Part shown: in pieces, positions 10,378-23,097 of the stretch
Position numbering within the stretch: position 1 is the first letter of the stretch
How the letters are laid out: each line of letters opens with the position of its first letter
Origin: Naegleria gruberi
Taxonomy: Eukaryota
Reading direction: 5' to 3' (one strand)
DNA: 64,000 nucleotides
NCBI GenBank assembly: GCA_000004985.1
Contig: GG738849.1
Translations under genes and position numbers: made by a program
The notes under the pieces: model-generated
The model's input: the letters and a program-made list of their open reading frames with translations, nothing else
Told to the model about the DNA's origin: nothing
Databases searched by the model: none

Positions 10378-12877
10378 CTACAAGTAATATTGTTTCTTGT
10401 TGAGATTTTTGTGAGGACTTTTAGAAATGTTCGATTGACCATGTAAAAATGCTACCTTGTGAGCTAATATACAAGGTACAGGAACACTCGAAATTCCCAA
10501 ACGATTATAATACAAGTGACACAATTGGTACGATATATTCTGATAGAATACCTTATTAAATCCACTCCCATTTTCCAAAACCTTATACCTTGTTGGAGTT
10601 GCTGTTCCCTGAAACGAATCAACATGATGAGATTGAAGAAAGAATGACATTTCGTTTGGATCTGATGTCAGAATATCACCATCTAGAACTGTTCCTGGTT
10701 TCAAATTACCAAAATTGTTTCCATTTAGCCCAGCATATATTCTATTATTGATTCGTTTAAGTACAAGAATGAAATTGAGTGGAATAGAGTTGTATTCTTT
10801 GCAAACTTGTTGGATGGCTAATATCTCCTGATTGTAAATGTGATCTTCTTGCCCTGAACCTACACCATCTCTATAGAAAATAATATGTGTTGGAGAAGTT
10901 TTGTTCTCATTCATGAAATTCTCAATTGCATTCCTCATTAGATTTTTGATATTTTCAACCAACTCAACTCCTGGCTTCTGGACTTGGATTTGAGAATAGT
11001 ATGCGCATACCTTTGAATCGTAGGATGATACGAAACCAACGAGAGAGGATTTACTTCGATGGTAAACTTCACCTGAATGATTAACATCCATTCCGACAAT
11101 CATGGTATGTGGTTTCATTGGAATTGATGTCATCCAAGGAATTCCTCCAAGTTTAGCATTCATTTCAATTGTGATATTCTTCAAAATAGATGATTTTTTT
11201 TCAGAGATAGCAATGTTCCTCTCAGTAATGCATTGGCTAGGAATTCCCATATCTACAATGGTTTTTTCTTTCAAGGTATGGTATTCGGTACTTGTTTTGT
11301 TTTTAGTTATCATGAGAATGAATGAGATTGGGTAAGAATTTCTAATAGTATCAGTGAGATCTTTTTTTGAAACATGAGGAACATATTGTTGAAAGACATA
11401 GTTCATATTGGATGTTTCTAAATTCATTTGAGAACAAAACTGTTGCAACTTGTTGCAAAAGTCAACCAAATCTTTTGATTTTGTACCTTGATGAAGAACC
11501 AATACGCGTTCAAGAGATTTGCATTCGAACATGTTACTATTATTTTCAATTTTGAACATTCCTCTTTCTTTTTCAATTTTAACTTTTCCTCCAATTTTAA
11601 TGGAACAATCTTCAAGTGATTCCGTTTGCACTTGAATCATTTTTGGGACAATAGATATACCCTACTTATCCAGCTCTAATTTGAACTCTGAATGTTCCAA
11701 ACATTCGCGTTGATTGTTTAAAGTTTCTCTAATTCTGTCATTTGGTGGTTTTTTAGTGACAGAGGCAATTTTCTGCATTGTGGTAAAATTACTTCTCATA
11801 TCCTGACTTATTCCTGTCAATAGACACAACGAAGGAATATAGTATTCAACCTTTCCATTCCTCTTGTTAATATGTTTAAGTAAGGGTTGTTTCAAATCAA
11901 CGTCTTCACCATATTGTGTATTGTAATATTCTGCGAATGTAATTTCCTTTCCTTGAAAATTGAATGTTGACACAGGACTCATATCAAATTCAACACTTTC
12001 AATATAAATAGTTTTCTTTCTGTAAGTCAAGTAAACAATAGAATTTCCAAATTCTCTCTTGATTTTCGTTTGGGCAGAACGTTCTCCAAACTGTTCAATA
12101 ATCTTTTTCATTTGGCTTAAAACAGTATCTGTTCTCATAGTTTTATAAATTGGCTCAACTAGGAGAGCAAGGCCTTTAGAGGTGGTACAGGTTGAGCTTA
12201 GAGTTCCTCCCAATATTTGAAGCCCACAATCATGAATAGTTGTTTTGGTCTCTTCATTGTAAAAGTTTCTTCCAATTCTTGTTAGATTCAACTTGGCTTG
12301 AGCGTTCTTAAGGACAGAGTTGACGAATTGTACAAAGTCCTTTCCAGAATTTGAAACAGTAATGGTTGTTGCCAGCGTGATTGAAACAGTGTACACAATA
12401 TTTCCAATAGAACACGTCTTTTCTAAGTGTTTCTTTTGAGGTGGAAGAATTGAGTTGAGAGAGTATAAAATTGACCCACTCTGTAAGAAGTCAATTAGAA
12501 AGTCACTTAAAGCCTGCTTTACAATCCTATTAGCAAGGTATTTGTTTTCAATTTGCGGACTAATGTTAACATGGTACTGATAAATTGAAGTGTGCTTTCA
12601 ATTCAATTGGGAACATGTTGATTACATCCTTTCCCTTTCCCAAATTAAAATAATCAACAACTGGAATTTGGGACAAGGGTTGGCTAGGTGAATTTGAGGA
12701 GAATTGATTTGTTTTCTTATGATGTTGGTTGTGTGGCTTCTTGTCAGAGTTATAGGCTTTGTACTTGGTTCCTTGTGATAACATTTTTTCTTGTTGTGTT
12801 TTCTTCCATTTTGCAATTCCCAACCCAAAAATAACAATGTTGGGAAGTCTGGAAGATATGTTGAGTTGGGAAAGCAA
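10378..12877 (-). CDS. AGO: Argonaute/Piwi-family protein (N, PAZ, MID, PIWI), reading frame interrupted twice
   Basis: ORF 10378..11640 contains MID plus PIWI (LGGIPW, IVGMDVNH, IIFYRDGVGSGQ, PVPCILAHKVAF, i.e. an RDG/H catalytic signature). ORF 11662..12396 and its upstream open frame to ~12560 contain L1/PAZ (LCLLTGISQDMRSNF, VTKKPPNDRIRETL) and the N-domain motif SIYQYHVNISPQ. ORF 12566..12877 gives the extreme N-terminus (GKGKDVINMFPIELKAH). The pieces are co-linear in Argonaute order but separated by (i) a +1 frameshift at an A-run near 12590 and (ii) a single in-frame TAG at 11662-11664, with the frame otherwise continuous across it. The start is probably the ATG near 12784. Confidence 0.75.
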
Positions 12878-12922
12878 ACAGGTCCTTATTTAATTGTTCA
12901 ACTTACTTTGAAAGATAATAAT

Positions 12923-14756
12923 TTATTTGAAAACTTGTGATATCACACCAAGTCCCTTTGTTGTTCCTTCACGGAAGATTAATCGTTCACCAACTCTGAG
13001 ATATTCAGGTCTGAACAGGAATCTAAATTTGACTTTAGCCTTTTCACCTGTTCTTAGAGATTCATTATCGTTAATCTTTACAAGTTTAGCAGATTGTCTA
13101 ATACAATTACAATGTATAACTGGTTGATAATTTTCCTTAATAGTGGTACTATGATACAATACGAGAATATCAGCTTCAAATTCCCAAACAGCTTTTGGTT
13201 CTTCTTCGTCTACAATAACCATTCCCTTTCTAATTCCGGAACGTCTTTCTTTTTTCAATGCAAAACTTGCTTGTTGACCAGCATGAACTCTTTTCACGTT
13301 GACTCTCTTACAATGAATACTCTTAATTACGACACTTCTGAAATGTCCGTTGCTATCTGGTCCTAGCATTAGTTTGTCATTTACAGAAATACTTCCACTT
13401 TGTACAATACCAGAAACAACTGTACCAACACCACTGACAAAGAAGGTTTGATCAATGACATATTGTGCTGGTTTGTCAATTAATGATTCCCAATCTTTTC
13501 TAATTGGTAACAGATTGAGGAACTTATGCAAGAGTTGCAGATTTTCACCAGTTACTGAACTCATCAAGAACATTGGACAAATTCTGTCACTTGCTAAATT
13601 TTTGGCACAAGTCAGAACATCGTCATCATTCTTGACATGATATGGTAACTTTCTAACTCCAGGAAGTTTAAGAATTTTGTGAATGGTTTCAATAGTTTGT
13701 TTGAGAATATTTTCTGGACAAATGTCAACCTTAGTAATGCAGAAAAACATTGGAATCTTGAGAGCCAGACACAATCCGATATGTTCCTTGGTCATCTATA
13801 GTCATTGTTAGCATTCAAAAATAATTTTAAAAACTTACCTTTGTGACACCCATGTTACTACCAACACATAGGAGAGCATAATCTGGTCCTGTTGTCATAC
13901 CAAAAACGGTTGTTTTCAAGTACTTTTCGTGTCCAGCAAGGTCAATAAATGTACAAACTTTTGATGACTTATCAATAATATCTTTCCATGAAGGAGACTG
14001 TAAGTTTGAGTAATTTACAGTGTCACCTTTAGAATCAAATCCCATAATTTGATGACTGATACTAGAAGTTCTTCCTGTTGTCAATTCGTGCTTGTGGACA
14101 AAAACATTAGAACGAGCTAATCCTCTACCATTGTCAAGTTGTCCATGTGTCAGCACACCAATAAGTGTTGATTTTCCAGAGTCAACATTACCACAAACTG
14201 CAATATTTACATTCAAATATTCTTCTTCTCCGAATCTTCTTACAAGCACTTCAGCAACCCATCTCTTTTCTTCTGGATTGGTTATAGTAGCAGCTTGCTT
14301 CTTATTCTTTTTACCTTCGGAGGATACTTGCTTTTCACAAATAACTGAAACAGTGGCTTGTAACTCGATGGCCATCTTTTCAATATTTCCTAGTGTTTCT
14401 CTGTATTCTTCCTCAACTAATCCCAATGGATAGCCATCATCGTTGATTCCTATTTCATAGATGGCTTCACCTTGTCCTTCAGATAAACGATAGGACATTT
14501 GGGTAACAAGATGTTTAAATCTATCTTCTGACAATCCTACTAACTTCCATTTGTATTCTACATTTCCATCATCACTTTCCTTGGATAATATTTCATTAGA
14601 TGCCAAAAGTGATTTTTCTTCAATTAATTCCTTATCTTGCTCTAAATTGATAACTTGTTTATGTTCTGTACCAGAAGAAGAAGAAGCTTTTGTAGTAGTA
14701 GTGGCACCATTAACACTCTCTGTTGTTGATGGTATGGGATCTTTAGTCTCTGACAT
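12923..14756 (-). CDS. GTPBP1: GTPBP1/GTPBP2-like translational GTPase, 2 exons
   Basis: ORFs 13827..14756 and 12923..13795 join through a 43-nt phase-0 intron at 13796..13838 (GTAAGTTTTT...CTATAG on the minus strand). The G domain is NVDSGKSTLIGVLTHGQLDNGRG...DLAGHEKY, followed by EF-Tu-like beta-barrel domains. Confidence 0.8.
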
Positions 14757-15209
14757 TTTTCTTTAATATATATTGTGTGATGATGAATAATACAATGTAT
14801 TATTATTTTACTTAATCAAAGTGGTGGTGGGAACTGGTGAGTTAAAAATAAAATTAAACTTGAAGTTTTCTTTGGGTGTGATTTGGAAAAATTTGTATGA
14901 AACCTTTTCGCTGCTACTCAAAAATCGCTAAATGGTCTGTTGCGAATAACAAGTTTGAAAAGTTTTTTTTAAAGTTTTATTTTGGTGGTGCATTTTGAAA
15001 ATGCTTTCATCACATTAAATTGAAGCAAAAGAAGAACATGCTGAGAGAGGTGCACGATTGAAATGGCACAGATGAGTGATACCCATGTGTAGTCATAGGC
15101 TGATGGTGGAGGTGGATTACATTTGCTTGTTGCACTACCCATGCAATTTTCTTGTCGTATTATAATTGTGATGATTGGTGATGGGTTGACTGAGTAATAG
15201 GGCGTTATA

Positions 15210-18200
15210 TTATTGTAATAGATTTTGTTGACTGCTACCACTTTGGAGGGAAATATCAGATTCTGAACGACCAACTAGTCTACTAAAGGTTCTTGGATCG
15301 ACTGCTCTGGTTGGTAGTGATTGACTTGATGAAGAGACATCAGATTCCAATTTAATTTCATTTTCATCGACGAAAACTACTGCCTTATCACTCTTCTGCT
15401 TGGAGCTTGAAGAATTGGAGTCTTCTTCCTTCTTACTGAGATTTCCATTTGAATCAACAAAGGTTGGCTCGACTGGAATTGGTAAACCACGATCCATTAA
15501 TTCCACATCCCATAATCTATTATCATCATATTCGTCCAAGTCAACATCCAAAGATTCTCCTTCAATCTTCTTCAAATATTTAACGAAACGTTCCCATAAT
15601 TTAACCATTCCTTTCTTGAGTCTGATTTTGAGTGGAGCTTTTGTGGTTGTTTGTGGAACTGGTGTTTCAGATGGAATGTCAACTATAGTTGTGGCCGACT
15701 TTTCGGTGAGCTCTACTTGAGTAGTTTGAGATTTGGAGTTTTCTTCTTTGAGTTCAATATCATTGGAGGAGAGGAATGAATTATTGACACCAGCAGACAA
15801 TATGGCCTTTTGATTCTTTTGCTTTTCAGCGAGTTGCTTCTTGATTCTTCTATCTGCCAAATATTGAGATAAAAAGTCGAGAGCAATAAGTAAAATAATA
15901 GCTGCAGAACTGATTATAACAGATATAATACACAAATAACCAAGTGCTGAGCCTGTTGCTTCGTCTGGGAACTCATTGACATAGAAGAGCAATCCAGAGA
16001 AGAGTAAAAACTCAGTTGACAAGAGGACAATATACTCCATAACATTGTGGAATACTCTTCTGTATGGAACGTGATGGGTTTGCAAAATGAATGAAATGAA
16101 AATCACAAACATGGTGAAGAGAATGACAATAATTGGCCATGTGGAGAAGAAGATGATGGCTGCAGAGATGGCTAACTTTCTCAAAATTACAATAATTTCC
16201 CAGAACAATCTTCCATTTCTGAAACGAACGAACAAGAAACGGAATCTTGCATAAAATTTGTAACTCTTGGTAGCATCGTTCTTCTTCCAAATAATGTAAG
16301 CAAATAGGGCAATAGTTCCCAATCCAAAGAAGATGAATGTCAATAAGGCAAATGAAAAGTAGACCCACCAAGTATTCTCAAAACAATAAAGAGTGGTGTC
16401 AGCACTCACATAAAATCTCTTGACACCCTGATCCAAAACCTCTCTACAATCAAATATTTCAGCTGCCTTTGTAATAACAAAGACATAACTAAAACTAATC
16501 ACCACAATGAAAGTGTGAATAAATTTGTCACCATAGGCAATAATTTCTCTCTTGGATCTTGGAGTAAGGAAGTATCTCAAAATGTCTCTTCTAATTCCCT
16601 TCATAATTTTAATGAAAATATTCTTATGTTCAATGTTGAACCATTCGACAACCTTTGGATGTTTTCTTATGGCAGCTATGAACGGCAATTTGGAAAGAGT
16701 AACAGTTCTTAAGCATTCCAAACCAAATACAATAATCAGTAACACTGAGATGAATACAGGCATGGCAATGGTAAGACCCCACTTGAGTCCATATGTAATA
16801 ATCTCAATACATTCTGGAACGACTGATATTATTCAATTGAATTATTTTCTTAGGTTAAACAATTAAGATAATGATACTTACAAATATCAAGATTAAGATT
16901 GAAAAATTTCAAAGTGTCAAATGCCTGTTGTAAACTGTCAGGCCATTCAAAATTATACACTGTAAAAACGGCAATAATTTGGAAATAGCTGATAGCAATA
17001 CTAGCACTAGACAAGTGAGAAACCTTCAATTGAGCAAACTTGAACAAAACCAAAGCAATAATAATTACAACTGCAACAACAATCAAGAAACGCAATTGAA
17101 CATCAGTATTACACTCCTTACAAATGTCACCACTCTTAAAATACAATCCAGTAACACATGAAACGCATTTGATACCAGAATAACCTGTAGCACATCTACC
17201 TGCCAAAGTTAAATTACCAGGACATCTCAATTCTGCATTTGGTTCATCACATTTTACAATGACAATTTTTCCATTCTGAATTTTGGTTGTCTCTGCATCC
17301 CACCAATAGCCAGGTAATGGTTTTGGAAGAGAGGAGCCACCTTCACATGTTGCTCCAGTTGGGCATGGCCAACATTCAGCAGTTAGAATATCACTATCAT
17401 TTCTTCTGTAATAGCCCTTTTCACAGTCACAATTGAATTGAGAGCTTGATCCTGCAGAGAGGGTGGTTTTGAAAGCACCACATGAAACACATTTGGATTG
17501 AGCTGTCAAATTGTTATAACTTCCAACTTCACAAGGAATACAACTAAAGAAACCTTCTAATGGTTTATATTGGCCAATTGGACATTCAGTGCACGATTTT
17601 TCATAATCCTCAGCAGTGAAACCAACTGGACAAGCTTTAATAAAGATTGGATCTTTAGCATAGGCATATTGATAATTATTGCTATATTTTTGTACGAAAT
17701 TCAATGTGTGTGAATAATTTGAAAAAAACAACCTCTACTTACTATGACACTGAAACCTTGGCATATCCATCAGGATGTGAAGGACTTGTGCAATTAATTG
17801 CATAATCTTCCAAAAATAAACATTCCTCAGAGGATGTAAAATCTCCCAATTTGAAATAAATCTTTTCACTTGAACTGAACTTGGCTCCGGTTGACTTTGC
17901 TCTTACAGTTACCATATCACCACCTTTGGCTTCAATTTCTAATGGACTGACAGAATCAACAATTGGATTTTCAAATAATTCAAATAAAAATCCATCACTT
18001 CTCAAATTAGTTGTTGTTTCCAAGTAGATTTTGAAATTGGTCTTGTCTGGGAATGAGATTCTGGAATTGAATGGTCTAACATTGTAACTATCAATAAGTG
18101 ATTTTAAATCAGCTGCATTACATATACATCTGAATTCTGTACTAGATAGTCCAGAAGTAGCAGTATAATTTACACGAATGTTGGTATCAATTGAATACTC

Positions 18201-21096
18201 AAGCACACATCTCACAACATCAGTGGTAATACCTTTGAGAGTAACAGTGAAATATCCAACACCTTTAGAATCATCTGTTGGATTAATTGGTGCTCTACTT
18301 GGAATGGCTTGAACAATAACAGGTACTTCAGATTCTCTGACTGTAATCAAATAATCATTACCATCTTTCTTTGGATTATAAACACCAAATCCAAATGAAC
18401 CATCAAATGAAATACTGACATTGAATTTGAGTGGTAACAAGATACCAGAAGTGAAAACATTTGGAGAGGTACATCTGATTTCTGTTGAACTAAATCCAGA
18501 ACAATCAGAAAGGAATGAAATGGAACCAGTACTTTCTTGAAGAGCCAATTGTTCTTGAATTGATCTCTTTTGAATTTTAGTAGAGGCACTTCTGATATGT
18601 TGTCTATAGTTCTTTCTTGACATTTTGGCTAAAATTGATCTGGTATTAATTGAGTTTTGTTGATCTACTACAGTAAATTTGATCTTGATAGTTTCTGACA
18701 TTGGGAAGTTTGTACCAATAATTCTGAATTTGGATTCAACAGGTGAGATTGTATCATCTGAATATCCTGCTGGAATTGCTGTATTATTGACACCTAGATT
18801 GTACTGTTCAAACTTTGTTAATGAAATTTCACTTGGAATAATAACATTCAATCTTCTCACTCCATGATCTGTACTAAATGTTCCCAATTTACCATCAAAT
18901 GACAATTTCAAAATATATGTACCAGAAGCTGAAATGGTATTAGCAGAAACAGTTGAGAGAGCTAATTGTTTTGCATTGACATAGGTGGCTGTTCCCTCAT
19001 ATTGATCAATTAATTCTTGTCCAGTAGCAGGATCAATTTCTATCCATTTGTAATAAATTGTATTGCCTGGAGTTGGTTTTCCAAAACTATTGGAAGAGGT
19101 AAATATGGAAATTGCCACTTGATTCATACTATCCAAAAGAATAGTATCTGGATAAATTGTCTTGACAACTAGTGGTGGCATGAGTGAGAAACTATTACTA
19201 GTCCAATAAGCAATTGGCTGAGAAGTCTCATCTTTGGTAATTGCAATACCTACACGAATGTCACAATTAGCTAAGCAATCAAGAGGTGCAATTGTATCAG
19301 CTTGAGCCAAAGTACATGCACACAAAACATTCATTTTAGGCACCTGGTAAAAACTTTGCATATCACAAGAAATTCCATTCTTTCCAGCTTGAGAAATGTA
19401 TGAATAGGAACAAGAGATGATAAAAGCATTATTCAATATATTTGAGGTCGACAAGTAGAAGGTATAATTGAAGAGGGAAGGTACATAAATTTCCTCAATA
19501 TCTACAACATTGATTTTCAGATTGGAATAGACAGGACCATCTTTAAACTTGAAGGAGTACATGGCAGTAGGTGAATTAATTTGTGCTGTCAAGTACTGCC
19601 CATAGAGAATCTTTGGATTACCAACAATGGAGCCTGAACCAAGTGATTTCTGCTCTTGAAGACTTGCTGCCATAGTTGGAGTTCTCAAATAAAAATTTAA
19701 TTCCTGAGGAGGTGTAAACAAGTACTCAAAAGTTGAAGGACAAGGACATGATAATATTCTAGCATCACTTGCCAACCAATTACATGCCAATGAGTAGGGA
19801 GAATTTTTAACCTCCAACTCGAATAAACTCAATCTAACACTATTATTAGTGACCTCTCTGTAGAAATTGGTTTCTTGTGGAATGGTGAGTGTGAAATTAT
19901 TGAGTCCAAAAATTGAGCAGAAACTAGTACCATCATAATTAATAGTTGGTGGTACATTGAAATCATAAATATTCAGGTCCATATTGACAAATTGTGAATC
20001 AGCTCCTCCTTGTGAATATCCAACACTGGTTTTTCCATTCTTATAGGCACTATCTGAGCATGTAATTGTTGCCTTAACCAAAGTTTCAGAAACAATTGTA
20101 ACTTGAGAGCTAGAACTGTCTTTAAATAATTCAGAACTTTGGAAAATTGTTCCACAAATTTTCACAGTCAATGAATTGGTAGGAGAGAATAAGTAGCCAG
20201 ATGATGTAGAGTCTATTGAAAAGGTCAGTGTTGTAACTTCATTAAAACGGATTAGTGTTGGTGAAACCTTAATATTGGCACCTGAAATTGAATTGTAAAA
20301 TAAAATACCATCAGTTACAGGAACTGTAGTTGGACTTGCAGAGTTTGAATCCAAAACAACTTCAAAATCAATTTTTTTGTATCTATTTAAAGAATCATAA
20401 GAAGTCAATTGAAGCATACTTTGTGTATCTGAAGCAGGAATTGTAAAGTGATAAGAATTTGCACTTTTTGTTATGGAAAATGAATAAATTGGTGCAATTG
20501 AAGATCTGATACTATTTGACATTTTGTCAAAAAACATTGAAAATGTTGAAAATGAAATACTTGATGGATAATATTTCAATTCAAATTGTTGAGCAATATC
20601 TGTTCTGAGTTCTCTTCCATTAGGTGAAATGTACAAGTCAGAAATTACAACAAATGAATCAATTTCACTCGAAATTGTTTCACTCCCATTAACAATTGTT
20701 AAATTACAAAAACCAGTACCTCCAATCACAACAGTTAAAGAATTTTCACTATCAAAAACACAACCCGAAACATCCAATCTATCCGAAGTGCCTGTAACAG
20801 TGCTACAACCACACTTACTACCAATCGGATAGGTATTTTTCAAGTTGATGAAACGAGTAGTTGATGAATCGGATGATGGATAGTACAGAAATATTCTATT
20901 ATTTTCATCAAAGTCTGTTGTTAATATAGTTATATTCGAAATATAATGTTAATCCGATGACATGATTAGAACAAATTATTGATGAGATCCATTGATATGA
21001 TTAGACAACTTACTATAGGTTTCTTGTTGGTGTGTAAAGGAGAGTAAAATAAAAAGCAAAACTGAAAATAACAGTGTCAGTTTCAGACGTGTCATG
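15210..21096 (-). CDS. Large receptor-like membrane protein (~1,900 aa): signal peptide, big extracellular region, Cys-rich repeats, multi-pass TM region; 4 exons
   Basis: Exon 1 is 21014..21096 (MTRLKLTLLFSVLLFILLSF, a signal peptide). Intron 1 is 20915..21013. Exon 2 ends at 17743 and contains ORF 17742..20843. Intron 2 is 17682..17742 (61 nt, phase 2). Exon 3 is 16882..17681 with Cys-rich CxxCPxGxY-type repeats (CTECPIGQYKP, CIPCEVGSYNN, CVSCGAFK, CWPCPTGATC) followed by TM helices. Intron 3 is 16823..16881 (59 nt, phase 1). Exon 4 is 15210..16822 with at least 6 further hydrophobic helices and a Ser-rich acidic tail. All junctions are in frame with GTAAGT donors. Confidence 0.6.
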
Positions 21097-21349
21097 TTGA
21101 TGTGTATTTTGTTTTGAATATTATTATGACTCTTCTATTTCAAGGTGGAAAAATCTTGTTTCATCAACACTTTGGGTACGGTTGAAAGGACCAATCACGG
21201 TTGAATAATAATCAATTACAATTTCCTCCTTATTTTACATCAAAGTTCTACTAAACTTCCACTATGAATACGCCATTAATTGGTTTCAACATTGACATTA
21301 AATTGAGAAGTAGGGTTTTTAACTATAAGAGAAATAAAAAGAGAAATGT

Positions 21350-22939
21350 TTATTCCATATTGTTGTGTTGATGACGATGGGTGTAGTTTGTACTTGAAGA
21401 CTTTTTAGCAGTGAATTTATATTGAGCTGCAAATACATCTGATGGAATATCCTTTGCTCCTTCACGATATAAAACTTCTACAGTCCTTGATGTTGGACTG
21501 AATGGGAATGATTCAAGTAATGAAAATGCTTTCCAATCTTGATTAAATCGTAAATATGTTGCCAACATGGTATTATAAAGACGTTCTCTAAGGGATTCAT
21601 CTTGAATCTTGTCACGGAATCGGAAAAATACTCTCTCAGCTTCATTGAGATTACCAGTTATTGTGTATGCATAAATGATTTGATAGGCAGAATTTGAACC
21701 TCCTGTTTTGTCTATTATTATTCTTTCCAATTCTTTCAGTTCATTAAGCTTTTTTGAATCTGCAAGAGCAATCAATAAAATTCTATAAGAATTGATTGGA
21801 ATTTCATATCCATCCTTTAACAATTCAACATAGTAGTGATAGACCTTATCTAATTGGTTCTTGTTAAAGTAATAATAGAATAAGAATGAATAAATGGAAA
21901 CTGAAGGTTTAACCTTATCCTTTCTCATATGACTGAATAAAAATGAAATTAAATCATTTCTATCTTGATTACAGGCAGCAGAAATTAAAATTGTATATGT
22001 TGAGGTCATTCTCTTAATACCCATATCAGGCATTTCATGGAAGAAACGAAGTGCCAAATCAATATTATTGTTTTTAACGTGATGATTAAGAATTGGAGCA
22101 AAGATATCGGCTGTCAAGTGCTTTGAACCTTGCAATTTGACAGTAATTTCGTGAGCTTTTTCCATCATACCTACATTGACATAGGCATAAACAAGGGAAG
22201 ACCAGTGTCTACCATTTGGATTTTGTAATCTAGAAAAGAGAGCTTCAACTTTTTCAATATCCTTCATTCTTGCATAAAGTGTAATTCCTGTATGGATAAT
22301 ATTTTCGTTATTATTATCCTTAACATTTTCAAAAATCTCTAATGCTTCCTTGATACATCCTCTTTCTTCATAAAACTTCATCAAAACTCCATAAACTGAT
22401 GATCTTGGCAATTGTTTGATTGATTTAATATTGTCAAATAAATGTTCTTCTGAAACTCTACGATTAAAGATACATAAATCTGATAATTGTTTAAATACTT
22501 CCGATTGTAATTCAGGTGAAGCATCTTCTTGTCCATTCTTCTTGACATATTCTAAAATCTCGTTTAATACTTTAACGTTTGGAGTAAATGTATTGGTGTG
22601 TTTAATGGCAGAATCAAATATAGCTGTTTTTAATTCATTAATAGATGATTCTTTAGAAACTTCCTCTAGAAGAAAATCATCAACAAAAACATCTCCGATA
22701 GTAGGAGCTGGTGTTGTTGGTAAAGAAGTTTCTGTAGTACTATTTGTTATTGCTTCAACTTCCTCACTAATTGGTGTGGTGCTATTGTTCATTCCTCTCA
22801 TAATAGTGTGATATTTGTTATTAGTAGATGAAACAAAGCAACTTTGAGTGCTTTTGGAAAAATTCATGAATTTATATTGTGGTAGAGCACCTCTCATCAC
22901 AACTTTGGAGACAATTCTTGGTAATTGTGACGCTCTCAT
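21350..22939 (-). CDS. Pentatricopeptide/TPR-like helical-repeat protein, probably mitochondrial
   Basis: 529-aa ORF with a basic N-terminus (MRASQLPRIVSKVVMRG) and repeated ~35-aa helical-hairpin units (e.g. VYGVLMKFYEERGCIKEALEIFENV, TYTILISAACNQDRNDLISFLFSHM). Confidence 0.55.
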   Translation of the reverse strand: MRASQLPRIVSKVVMRGALPQYKFMNFSKSTQSCFVSSTNNKYHTIMRGMNNSTTPISEEVEAITNSTTETSLPTTPAPTIGDVFVDDFLLEEVSKESSINELKTAIFDSAIKHTNTFTPNVKVLNEILEYVKKNGQEDASPELQSEVFKQLSDLCIFNRRVSEEHLFDNIKSIKQLPRSSVYGVLMKFYEERGCIKEALEIFENVKDNNNENIIHTGITLYARMKDIEKVEALFSRLQNPNGRHWSSLVYAYVNVGMMEKAHEITVKLQGSKHLTADIFAPILNHHVKNNNIDLALRFFHEMPDMGIKRMTSTYTILISAACNQDRNDLISFLFSHMRKDKVKPSVSIYSFLFYYYFNKNQLDKVYHYYVELLKDGYEIPINSYRILLIALADSKKLNELKELERIIIDKTGGSNSAYQIIYAYTITGNLNEAERVFFRFRDKIQDESLRERLYNTMLATYLRFNQDWKAFSLLESFPFSPTSRTVEVLYREGAKDIPSDVFAAQYKFTAKKSSSTNYTHRHQHNNME

Positions 22940-23097
22940 TTTTTTTGAAAATCAAATTCTAAAATTGATTGAACAATAAATAATTATTCGACATTCAATG
23001 AATTGGGAGCAATAACAAGTTCTTTGTAAATAATTGGAAAATCAAGAAAAGATAATATTTTTAATAGAATGCAATGATTGGATTTCTTGATTTTTCA

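Noticed and set aside
11641-11661. Possibility that the 21 nt between the two Argonaute ORFs is a tiny intron
   Set aside because: Far too short for a spliceosomal intron. The two ORFs are in the same frame, so the single TAG is the only obstacle.
14969-15274. 101-aa minus ORF at the 3' end of the receptor-like gene
   Set aside because: It is a different frame overlapping the last exon and the 3' UTR, with no support.
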